A stretch of DNA of 14,945 nt, from contig JBGPXN010000105.1 of the NCBI GenBank assembly GCA_041492755.1, forward strand, positions 1-14,945, written 5' to 3'. The notes below the pieces were generated by a model. That model had not been told where the DNA came from and did not search any database. It worked only from the letters and a program-made list of their open reading frames with translations. A program made the translations under genes and the position numbers. The DNA is from Candidatus Methylomirabilia bacterium. Its GTDB lineage: Bacteria; Methylomirabilota; Methylomirabilia; Rokubacteriales; CSP1-6. How positions within the stretch are numbered: the first letter of the stretch is position 1; each line of letters opens with the position of its first letter. Below, one piece after another: positions 1-8,400 of the stretch.

Positions 1-2
1 AT

Positions 3-791
3 CGCGGGGGCGAGCTCGGCGGGACGGCGATCCTGCACACCTGGGGTCAGAATCTCTCCCGGCACCTGCATCTGCACTGCGTGGTCCCCGGCGGCGCGCT
101 CAGTGCGGACGGCACGCGCTGGATCGCCGCGCCGCCGGGCTTCCTCTTTCCCGTCCGTGCCCTCGCCACGGTCTTCCGCGCCAAGTTCCTGGCGGCGCTT
201 CAGCGCGCCTTCACCACGGGCCAGCTCGTCTTCGCCGGTTCGGTCGCCGGCCTCGCCGAGCCCGCCGCCTTTGCGGCCTGGCTCGCTGACCTGCGGCAGC
301 ACGCCTGGGTCGTGTATGCGAAGCGCCCCTTCGGCGGGCCCACCCAGGTCCTGGAATATCTCGGCCGCTACACGCACCGCGTGGCGATCTCCAACGAGCG
401 GCTCGTCCGCCACACCGACGGCGTCGTGCGCTTCCGCTGGAAGGATTACGCCGACGGCGCCCGGACAAAGGTCATGGCGCTCGCGGCCGAAGAATTCATC
501 CGCCGTTTCCTGCTCCACGTCGTCCCCGGCGGCTTCGTGCGCATTCGGCACTTCGGCTTCCTCGCCAATCGGACCCGGCGCGCCAAGCTCGCGCGCTGCC
601 GCGCTCTGCTCGGCCCGGCGCCCTCACCGACCGAGGCCCCGATCGAATCCGTGGCCGCCCTCATGCTGCGGCTGACCGGCCTCGACATCGCCCGCTGTCC
701 CGTCTGTCCGCAGGGGCGGCTGCACGTCACCGAGATCCTCGCGCCGACGCCCGCGCCCATGCGGCGCGGCCCTCGCCTGGATACCTCGTGA
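3..791 (+). CDS. IS91-family (Y2/HUH rolling-circle) transposase, 5'-truncated by the window edge
   Basis: The frame is open from position 3 and in frame with ORF 81..791. It reads ...AILHTWGQNLSRHLHLHCVVPGG (HUH motif), WVVYAKRPFGGP, catalytic YLGRYTHRVAISNERL (YxxxY), FRWKDY, EFIRRFLLHVVPGGFVRIRHFGFLAN and a C-terminal CPVC. All are typical of IS91/IS801/IS1294-like transposases. Confidence 0.95.
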   Translation, partial: RGGELGGTAILHTWGQNLSRHLHLHCVVPGGALSADGTRWIAAPPGFLFPVRALATVFRAKFLAALQRAFTTGQLVFAGSVAGLAEPAAFAAWLADLRQHAWVVYAKRPFGGPTQVLEYLGRYTHRVAISNERLVRHTDGVVRFRWKDYADGARTKVMALAAEEFIRRFLLHVVPGGFVRIRHFGFLANRTRRAKLARCRALLGPAPSPTEAPIESVAALMLRLTGLDIARCPVCPQGRLHVTEILAPTPAPMRRGPRLDTS

Positions 792-980
792 GCGTGGCGC
801 CGTCCCCACCCGGTCTCCCCTCACGACGCGGCACTCGCCGTCTGCCGTGAGGCCATGACGATCGCTCACTGCGCGCGCACGGGGCCTCGCCGTGGCGTCC
901 TCTGCGCGGGGGCGCGTCGCCACCTTCCGGTGATGCCGGGACGCGCGGCCCTCACGGCGCTTCCCCTCGACCCGCGCCCC

Positions 981-997
981 CGTTAGAATCCCCATAG
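981..997 (+). other. oriIS-like motif (putative rolling-circle origin end)
   Basis: CGTTAGAATCCCCATAG lies about 190 nt downstream of the transposase stop. As recalled, it resembles the GTTTGAACTTCCTATA-type oriIS of ISCR/IS91 elements in sequence and position. Confidence 0.5.
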
Positions 998-1018
998 TGC
1001 TGAGCGGGTGCCGGTTTA

Positions 1019-1079
1019 GTCCAACTGGTTTTATCCGTCATGCGCGGACGCACGACGGATAAAAGCCTATTCGTTAGCC
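1019..1079 (+). other. Hairpin recombination-site candidate (attI/attC-like) at the element end
   Basis: GTCCAAC (1019-1025) fits RYYYAAC. It is followed by a perfect 11-bp stem, TTTTATCCGTC 1029-1039 / GACGGATAAAA 1054-1064, with inner TGCG/CGCA pairing, and then GTTAGCC (1073-1079). It lacks the attC extrahelical bases and has asymmetric spacers (3 vs 8 nt). Confidence 0.6.
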
Positions 1080-1531
1080 GACGAGGACGAATGGTCGGAG
1101 CACGAACACCGGAAGAGTTCGTCGGGTACTGGCGCATCACCGAAATGGAGGTATGGGACGTGGACTACCTCGACTTGGTGGTGCCTGCCTTCATCGAGTT
1201 CGACCGTGAACAGATGGGCCAGTTTCAGTTCGGTACCGTGCGCGGCTGGCTCGACTGTCGATTTGGCGAACGCGACGGCGCAGTGGCTGTTGACTTCTCG
1301 TGGGAAGGCGAAAACGACAACGATCCTGGCTGCGGTCGTGGCTGGGGTGCACTTCGAGGGGACCGCCTCGAGGGGCGGCTGTACATTCACCGCGGCGACG
1401 ACTCCGCGTTCGTCGCATCGCGGACCGCGCGGCCTGCATCGCCGAAGCGCCGAGGTCAGCGGTTGGCGGCCCGTCGTCTAACCTCGGCATCCAGGCGACG
1501 GCCGCCGGGCGGCCGCGCCTGATGCCGAGCG
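1074..1531 (+). mobile_element. Integron-type gene cassette (single ORF plus attC)
   Basis: It begins at G|TTAGCCGACG, has an RBS and ORF with no room for a promoter, and ends in an attC. The start GTTAGCCGACGA matches the reverse complement of CCGTCGTCTAAC (1471-1482) at 10 of 12 positions, as expected for a circularisable cassette. It is visibly less GC-rich than the flanking genes. Confidence 0.85.
1091..1522 (+). CDS. Cassette-borne conserved hypothetical protein (143 aa, probably beta-rich)
   Basis: The ATG at 1091 is preceded by GAGGA. The protein has motifs GYWRITEMEVWD, FQFGTVRGWLDCR, FSWEGENDNDPGCGRGW and GRLYIHRGDDS. The listed start at 1040 lies inside the hairpin and is unlikely. 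Confidence 0.8.
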   Translation: MVGARTPEEFVGYWRITEMEVWDVDYLDLVVPAFIEFDREQMGQFQFGTVRGWLDCRFGERDGAVAVDFSWEGENDNDPGCGRGWGALRGDRLEGRLYIHRGDDSAFVASRTARPASPKRRGQRLAARRLTSASRRRPPGGRA

Positions 1532-1537
1532 TTCGGC
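1476..1537 (+). other. attC recombination site (62 bp)
   Basis: R'' is GTCTAAC (1476-1482). The arms are CTCGGCATC[C]AGGCG[A]CGGCCGCC and GGCGGCCG-CGCCT-GATGCCGAG, with unpaired C and A (bottom-strand extrahelical G and T). R' is GTTCGGC (1531-1537). Confidence 0.9.
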
Positions 1538-1765
1538 GAGATGGTGAATCGGCTCTGGGAGCAGAACGTCGAGGCGACGCTCCGTGCTCGAGGAGCTCTG
1601 GAACCGCATCGTCGCCGAGTACCACGTCTGTCTGATGTGCACCTATCGGCTCGATCCCGCCGGGGCTGACCGCAAGCGCGGCGCCCTGCACCTGATCACG
1701 CGCAGCCACTCGCATTCGTTCTCGGAAGAGCACGACGCGCTCCTCGTCGAGGCGGTCAACTCCGA
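1532..1765 (+). pseudogene. 5'-truncated, frameshifted remnant of a MEDS (DcmR-like sensory) domain gene
   Basis: From 1532 it reads FGEMVNRLWEQNVEATL. After one extra base near 1583 it continues VLEELWNRIVAEYHVCLMCTYRLD...SHSH. This matches the MEDS signature (A)FGEMV.LLW...AI.LE.LWN....LLC.Y. The N-terminal half is missing and the 3' limit is approximate. Confidence 0.75.
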
Positions 1766-1808
1766 ACGTCCGGAGCGCGACGCGCCGCCAACCGGGCCGC
1801 GGGACGGC

Positions 1809-3524
1809 TCAGGTCGTCAGCCCCTCGTACATCCCGTGGACGTCGGCCCCGTGGAAGCGCGCCACGTGATGGGTCGGCGGGAGCGCTTCACGATAGAAGA
1901 AGTCCGGTAGCTCGTCGTCCTTCTCGGTGAAGCCGGCCTGGCGGTTGAACTCGTACTCCAGTCGCAGCGTCTCCCGCCCCAGCGCCGGGAAAAAGTCGGT
2001 GGTCAAGCTCGTCCCCTGGGCGGCGTTGATGGCGTCGACGATGAACTGCAGCTGGGCCTCGGTGACGCTGCGCCCGAAGATGCAGAGCCCGAGCGAGTCC
2101 TGCGCGGCCGTGCTCGTCTGCGAGATCAGGCTCTGGGCGATGATCGCCGCCGCGTCCATCTCGCGCGTCTTGAGCCGCGGGAGATTGCCCGTGGTGTGAT
2201 CGGCGCCCTGCGCGGTGGCCATCATGCTCACCCCGGTCGCTTCCACCACGCGCGGATCGTAGGCGCTGATCGCCTGCTTCTTGATCACCGGCACCCGGGC
2301 GACCTTGTAATGCTCACCCACGCGCGCGGTGCCCTGCGCCCACAGGCGTCCGAGGTCGGTGCCCTGGCGGATCTCGGCGATGCAGTCGGCCATGAACTTC
2401 ACGTCGCCGAAGACGCCGAGGCCGGCTTCCATGAGGACAGCCAGGGTGGCGCCGAGCTCGATGGTGTCCACGCCGAGGTCGTTGGCCAGGAAGTTCATCT
2501 GCGCGAGGTCGTCGGGGTCGCTGAGCCCGCAGTTGGTGCCGAGCAGGCCGAGGGTCTCGTACTCGACGGGGGAGACGACTTCCTTGCCGCTGGCGTCGAC
2601 GTACACGTTGCTGCACTGGATGATGCAGCCCGGCATGCAGGCGTGCGTGTGCTCACCCCCGCGGGAGACGTTGAGCTGGCTGATGTGCTCGCCGCCCATC
2701 TTGAACTTCTCCCCGCCGGCGACGTTCACGAGCTGCCCCGCGCTGAAGTTGCGGACGGGCAAGCCGCCGAGCGCGTTCTGGAGGTCGGCCATGCCCATGG
2801 TGCCGATCTTCTGGTAGAAGTTGGCCACGACCGAGTCGGCCTGCAGCAGCTTGGCGTACTCCTTGATGGCGGCGTTCACCTTCTTCGGCTCGTGGAAGGG
2901 CGGGGTCTTGTCGAGGTCGACGACGATGGCCTTGACCTTCTTCGACCCCATCACCGCGCCCACGCCCCCACGCGCGGCCAGACGCGCGGGCCGGCCGTCC
3001 TTGTCGCTGAAGGAGATGCCGGCCATGAGGCCCTGGTACTCGCCGACGGGCCCGCAGAGGCCGATGGTGACCTTCTTGCCATACCGCGCGTGGAGCAAGT
3101 TCTGCGCGTGGAAGTTGCCCTTGCCGAGGTACGGCGTGGCGTCGTCGAAGTCGATCCCGCCGTCCTTCTTGAAGTGGATGACGACCCAGTCCGCGGCGGC
3201 GTCGTGGAGGGTGAAGCCGGCGATCTTCTGGTGGCCGAGGCCGTAGCTGAAGCTGCCCCCGGCGTTGGCTTCCTTGATTCCGCCGGTCAGCGGGCTCTTG
3301 CAGCCCACGCTCGTGCGGTTGGCGTTGGAGAAGCTCGAGCCGGCGAACGGACCGGCCGAGAAGATCAGCGGATTGGCCGGGGACAGCGGGTCCACGGTGG
3401 CCGCGCCCATGTCGAGGAGCGTCTTGGCGATGAAGTAGCGGCCCGCCTTCACCACGGCTTCGCCTTCGAGCTCGCGTCGGCGAATCGTCCGGCCCTTCAG
3501 GTCGATGTCGTAGTACGTGCGCAT
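1809..3524 (-). CDS. Aldehyde:ferredoxin oxidoreductase family protein (W/Mo-bis-pyranopterin, AOR/YdhV-like)
   Basis: Motifs: DPLSPANPLIF, KSPLTGGIKEANAGG, AARGGVGAVMGSKKVKAI, EYETLGLLGTNCG, DLGVDTIELG, AYDPR, GADH, and Fe-S Cys motif CMPGCIIQC plus DSLGLC. The ATG at 3524 has a GGAGG RBS and is preferred over the GTG at 3536. Confidence 0.93.
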   Translation of the reverse strand: MRTYYDIDLKGRTIRRRELEGEAVVKAGRYFIAKTLLDMGAATVDPLSPANPLIFSAGPFAGSSFSNANRTSVGCKSPLTGGIKEANAGGSFSYGLGHQKIAGFTLHDAAADWVVIHFKKDGGIDFDDATPYLGKGNFHAQNLLHARYGKKVTIGLCGPVGEYQGLMAGISFSDKDGRPARLAARGGVGAVMGSKKVKAIVVDLDKTPPFHEPKKVNAAIKEYAKLLQADSVVANFYQKIGTMGMADLQNALGGLPVRNFSAGQLVNVAGGEKFKMGGEHISQLNVSRGGEHTHACMPGCIIQCSNVYVDASGKEVVSPVEYETLGLLGTNCGLSDPDDLAQMNFLANDLGVDTIELGATLAVLMEAGLGVFGDVKFMADCIAEIRQGTDLGRLWAQGTARVGEHYKVARVPVIKKQAISAYDPRVVEATGVSMMATAQGADHTTGNLPRLKTREMDAAAIIAQSLISQTSTAAQDSLGLCIFGRSVTEAQLQFIVDAINAAQGTSLTTDFFPALGRETLRLEYEFNRQAGFTEKDDELPDFFYREALPPTHHVARFHGADVHGMYEGLTT

Positions 3525-3689
3525 GGCGTCCTCCACGCCAAAACTCTACACGAAACCGCGGCAGGGGCCCAGCGGCCCGGAACGCCCCGCCACGGCATTT
3601 GCCGACCCCGGTGGCGGCATGGGATAGTACGCGCGAGCAGGTGAGCGAGTTGCGCGCCGAGCCGCTAGTCTGAGCCTGCGGGGGGACTC

Positions 3690-5375
3690 ATGGCTTACGA
3701 CCTGATCATCAAGAACGGCCTGATCGTCGACGGCACCGGCTTTTCACGCTATCGCGGCGACGTCGCGGTCAAGGACGGCACGATCGCCGAGATCGGTCGA
3801 ATCCACGCGGCGGCGGAGCGGACGATCGACGCCGACGGGATGTTCGTGGCGCCGGGGGTCATCGATCTCCACACGCACTACGACGCCCAGCCGTTCTGGG
3901 ACCGGCTCTGCACGTCGTCCATCTGGCACGGCGTGACCAGCGTCCTCATCGGCAACTGCGGCCTGACGCTGGCGCCGCTGCGCCCCGAGCATCGCGACAC
4001 GATGCTGGCCACGTTCTGCTGCGTCGAGGACCTGCCGGTGCGGTCGCTCAGCGCCGTGCTGCCGTGGACCTGGCAGACGTTCGGGGAGTTTCTCGACGCG
4101 ATCGACATCGGCCTGGGCGTGAACATGATGCCGCTGGTCGGCCACAATCCGCTCCGCCTGTCCGCCATGGACAAGGCAGCCTGGGACCGCAACGCGACGG
4201 CGGACGAGATCGCCGAGATGCAGCGCCTCCTCCGCGCCGCCCTGGACGATGGCGCGTGGGGCTGGAGCACCACCAACTCGCCGACCCACGCCGGCCCGCA
4301 GGGCCAGCCCGTGCCGACGCGGCTCGCCGCCGACGAGGAGCGTGTCGCGCTCGGGCGCACCCTCGGCGAGTTCAACCGCGGCATCATCGAGATCCTGCCG
4401 CCCGGCGCCGGCCAGCCGACCGAGACCGATCGGGCGCATCTGCTCGACGTCGCCCGGCAGAGTGGCCGCCCCGTCTTCTTCCTCGGCTTCGACGCCAGCG
4501 CGCGCGGGTTCGTGGAGGCGGCCGCGCGCGAGGGGGCCCAGCTCTACAACCTGCTCCGGGCCATCCCGTTCAATCCGCGGTTCAAGCTGAAGAAGACGAC
4601 CTACTTCGCGAACCTCGACGTCTGGGACGTCGCGATGGCGAAGCCGTCCTTCGAGGACAAGATGGCGCTCCTCACCAATCCCGAGAAGCGCGCCGAGCTG
4701 CGCGAGGCCGCCCTGCAGCGCCAGCGCCGCCGGCCGGGCGTGCCGGGGCGCTTCATCAAGTGGAAGGCGATCGTCGTGAGCAAGGCCGCCCTCGACAAGC
4801 ACCGCGGTCTGGAAGGACGGCCCCTCACGGAGCTGGCCGGGGAGATGGGCAAGCACGTGGCCGACGTGATGCTCGACCTCGCGGTCGAGGAGAAGCTGGA
4901 GACCGAGTTCCAGCTCCTGTCGCGGTCACCCGAGGAAGACGTCGAGCTGGCCGAGTACGTGAAGACCGGCCACGCCCTGCCGTCTCAGACCGACGCCGGC
5001 GCGCATCTCAACACCAACTTCTGCACCGCGGGCGAGTCGACCTACGTGCTGGCCGAGTGGGTGCGCGAGCGCCAGCTCCTGACCCTGGAAGACGCGGTCC
5101 GGCGCTTCACGTTCCAGCCCGCGCGCATCATGGGGCTGCACGATCGTGGGCTGGTGCGCGAGGGCATGGTGGCCGATCTCATGGTCTTCGACCTTGCGCG
5201 CCTCGGCGTGCGGGAGGACGAGATCACCCGGGACGGTCCGAACGGCACGCCCCGCCGCGTGCAAGGCGCGGACGGCGTGCATCACGTCATCGTCAGGGGC
5301 GAGGTCGTGATGGACCACGGTAAGCACACGGGCGCGCTGCCCGGGCGGGTGCTGCGCGCCGGCCCGCGCCACTGA
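3690..5375 (+). CDS. N-acyl-D-amino-acid deacylase-like amidohydrolase
   Basis: Motifs: YDLIIKNGLIVDGTG, VAPGVIDLHTHYDAQ (HxH), HGVTSVLIGNCG, DAGAH, DRGLVREGMVADLMVFD and TGALPGRVLR. A GGGGGA RBS precedes the start. Confidence 0.92.
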   Translation: MAYDLIIKNGLIVDGTGFSRYRGDVAVKDGTIAEIGRIHAAAERTIDADGMFVAPGVIDLHTHYDAQPFWDRLCTSSIWHGVTSVLIGNCGLTLAPLRPEHRDTMLATFCCVEDLPVRSLSAVLPWTWQTFGEFLDAIDIGLGVNMMPLVGHNPLRLSAMDKAAWDRNATADEIAEMQRLLRAALDDGAWGWSTTNSPTHAGPQGQPVPTRLAADEERVALGRTLGEFNRGIIEILPPGAGQPTETDRAHLLDVARQSGRPVFFLGFDASARGFVEAAAREGAQLYNLLRAIPFNPRFKLKKTTYFANLDVWDVAMAKPSFEDKMALLTNPEKRAELREAALQRQRRRPGVPGRFIKWKAIVVSKAALDKHRGLEGRPLTELAGEMGKHVADVMLDLAVEEKLETEFQLLSRSPEEDVELAEYVKTGHALPSQTDAGAHLNTNFCTAGESTYVLAEWVRERQLLTLEDAVRRFTFQPARIMGLHDRGLVREGMVADLMVFDLARLGVREDEITRDGPNGTPRRVQGADGVHHVIVRGEVVMDHGKHTGALPGRVLRAGPRH

Positions 5376-5416
5376 TCGAGCCGAGGTTTCCCGACGCTCA
5401 CCGCTGGGCCGACGTC

Positions 5417-5470
5417 GTCGAGAGGTGACATCGTGTCGAGAGCGGAGGTCCTGTCGAGAGCTGACGCCGT
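5417..5470 (+). repeat. Three imperfect 18-bp tandem repeats (core GTCGAGAG)
   Basis: The units GTCGAGAGGTGACATCGT, GTCGAGAGCGGAGGTCCT and GTCGAGAGCTGACGCCGT start at 5417, 5435 and 5453. Confidence 0.8.
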
Positions 5471-5488
5471 CATGAAGGGCCGGTTGCG

Positions 5489-8400
5489 ATGATCTGCGGG
5501 CATTGTCAGCACGACAACCCCGCGGGCCAGAAGTTCTGTGGCGAGTGCGGCGCGGCGCTCGTCAGCCGCTGCGACGCCTGCGGGTCCACCAATCCACCCG
5601 GGCAGAAGTTCTGCGGTGAATGCGGTCGCCCGCTCGCGCCGGGCCGGCCACCGGTCACGCCCCGTTTCGGATCCCCCGAGTCCTACACGCCCAGGCACCT
5701 GGCCGAGCGCATCCTCACCTCGAAGGCGGCGCTGGAGGGCGAGCGCAAGCAGGTGACGGTGCTGTTCGCGGACCTCAAGGGCTCGATGGAGCTGCTCGCC
5801 GACCGCGATCCCGAAGAAGCGCGCAAGCTGCTGGACCCGGTGCTCGAGCGGATGATGGAAGCGGTGCATCGCTACGAGGGCACCGTGAACCAGGTCATGG
5901 GCGACGGGATCATGGCGCTGTTCGGCGCCCCGCTCGCCCACGAGGACCACGCCGTCCGCGCGTGCTACGCGGCGCTCCGCATGCACGACGCGATCCGCCG
6001 CTACACGGAAGAGCTGCGCCGCAGCCAGGGGATCGAGGTCCAGATCCGCGTCGGCATCAACTCGGGCGACGTGGTCGTGCGCACGATCGACAGCGACCTG
6101 CACATGGACTACACCGCGGTCGGCCAGACGACCCACCTGGCGGCGCGGATGGAGCAGCTGGCGCCGCCCGGCACGACGCGCCTCACGCCGGAGACCCTGC
6201 GGCTCGCCGAAGGATTCGTGCAGGTGAAAGCCCTGGGGCCGATCCCGGTCAGGGGGCTCGCGGAGCCGGTGGAGGTGTTCGAGCTGGTCGGGGCCGGCGC
6301 CGTGCGGACGCGGCTGCAAGCGTCCCGGGCACGCGGCTTCTCGCGCTTCGTCGGGCGCGACCCCGAGATGGACCAGATCCGGCAGGCGGCGGACCAGGCG
6401 GGACAGGGGCGCGGCCAGATCGTCGCCGTCGTCGGCGAGCCTGGCGTCGGCAAGTCGCGGCTGTTCTACGAGTTCATCCACTCGCACCGGACCCAGGGCC
6501 GGCTCGTGCTGGAGGCGAGCTCGGTCTCCTACGGCAAGGCGACGCCGTTCCTTCCCCTCGCCGATCTCCTCCGCGCCTACTTCCGCATCGACGACCGGGA
6601 CGATACGCGCAGCGTGCGCTCGAAAGTGACCGGCGCCCTGCTGACCCTCGACCGCGCGCTGGAGGACGCGCTGCCGGCGGTGATGTGGCTGCTCGACGCG
6701 CTCGCCCCCGACGATCGGTTCCTGGCGCTGGAGCCCAAGGACCGGCGCCAGCGCGCGATCGACGGGGTGAAGCGGCTGTTCCTGCGTGAGAGCCACGTCC
6801 AGCCCGTCGTCCTGGTGTTCGAGGACCTGCACTGGATCGACGCGGAGACGCAGCGCGTGCTCGACAGCATCGTCGACAGCCTGCCCACCGCGCCGATTCT
6901 CCTCGCCGTGAACTATCGCCCGGAGTACCGGCACGACTGGGGCAACAAGACGTACTACCGCCAGCTCCGGATCGATCCGCTCGCGCCCGAGAGCGCCGAC
7001 GAGCTCCTGCAGCCGCTCCTCGGCGACGACCCGTCGGTCCAGCCGCTCAAGCGCGTCTTGATCGCGCGCACCGAAGGCAACCCGCTCTTCCTGGAGGAGA
7101 GCGTCCGGACGCTGGTGGAGACCCGCGTGCTTGTCGGCGAGCCCGGCGCCTATCGGCTCGCGAAATCGCTGGACGCCGTCCAGGTGCCGGCGACGGTGCA
7201 GGCAATCCTCGCCGCCCGTATCGACCGCCTCCGACCCGAGCTCAAGCGGCTGCTCCAGGCCGCCTCGGTCGTGGGCAAGGACGTGCCGGTCGCCCTGCTC
7301 GAGCCGATCGCGGAGATGGCCGAGGATGAGCTGCGCCAGGCGCTGGCGGAGCTGCAGACGGCCGAGTTCCTCTACGAGGCGCGGCTGTTCCCCGACCTCG
7401 AGTACACGTTCAAGCACGCGCTCACCCACGACGTCGCCTACAGCGGCATCCTTCAAGATCGGCGGCGTGCGCTCCACGCCGCCATCGTGGAAGCCATCGA
7501 GCGGATTCATGCCGGCCGGCTGGCCGAGCAGGTCGAGGTGCTGGCGCACCATGCCGTCAGCGGCGGGATCACCGGGAAGGCGGTGCGGTATCTCCATGAG
7601 GCCGGCGTGAGAGCAGCGGCCCGGTCGGCGAATCAGGAGGCGGTCGCGTACTTCACGACGGCGCTGGGCTTGCTCGACGCTGCCCCGGAGACGCCTGAGA
7701 CGATATCGGACGCCCTCGATATCCGTATCGCTCTCGGGCCCACGCTGATCGCCATCACCGGCGCCGGGGCGCCCGTGGTGGAGGACTGCTACGGACAGGC
7801 GTTGAAACTGGTGGAGCGTCTCGACGACACGTCGCGGAGCTTCCCCGTGCTCTGGGGTCTCTGGTTCGTGAATTACAACCGGGGCAAGTACACGGTCGCC
7901 CGCGAGGCGGCAGACCGGCTGCTCACGGCCGCCCGGAGTGGGGACGACAGCGGGCGTCTCCTGGAAGCTCATCACGCGCTGTGGGCGACGGGCACGGCGA
8001 TGGGAGAGCCGGCCATGGCCGTCGCCCATTCGGAGCGCGGCATCGAGCTCTATGACCGCGAGCGGCACGCCTCGCAGGCGTTGCTCTACGGGGGACACGA
8101 TGCCGGCGTGTGCTGCCGATATCAGATGGCCATGAATCAATGGCTGCTCGGATTCCCCGACAGGGCGGTCGCTACTATGCGCGACGCCCATCGCCTCGCC
8201 GAGGAGCTCAGGCACCCCATGACGACGACGATCACCCTGTGGATCGATACCTGGGTGCGCTACCAGCGGGGTGAGCGCGATGCGGCAGCGGCGGCGGCGG
8301 AGCGGCTCATCGGGATCGGCAGCGCGCATGGGTTCACGATGTGGATCGATTCGGCGGTCCTCATACCCCACGCGGTAAACCCGCAACGCCTCGCGGTCGA

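Larger units (their letters stand above)
1..1073 (+). mobile_element. Right-hand part of an IS91-like element (transposase plus structured non-coding end)
   Basis: The transposase is followed by about 280 nt of non-coding, hairpin-rich sequence, an oriIS-like motif at 981-997 and a terminal hairpin ending at GTT 1073-1075. The exact right boundary (about 997 or 1073) is inferred. Confidence 0.7.

Noticed and set aside
1040..1090. Upstream start for the cassette ORF
   Set aside because: It lies in the hairpin outside the cassette boundary. The ATG at 1091 has an RBS.
1532..1910. Second gene cassette or intact 108-aa gene
   Set aside because: I found no following attC. The sequence starts mid-MEDS domain, and the ORF tail overlaps the convergent AOR gene.
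3540..3640. Divergent promoters for the AOR and amidohydrolase genes (TTGCCG-N18-GATAGT on plus, TAGAGT on minus)
   Set aside because: The matches are too weak to report as features without transcription start data.
2196..3644. 482-aa plus-strand ORF, and similar overlapping ORFs such as 3744-4856, 4064-5323, 10357-11211 and 13552-14508
   Set aside because: These are antisense or alternative-frame shadows of well-supported genes, with biased low-information composition.
5417..5470. CRISPR-like array
   Set aside because: The 18-bp period is too short, there are no unique spacers and there are no cas genes.
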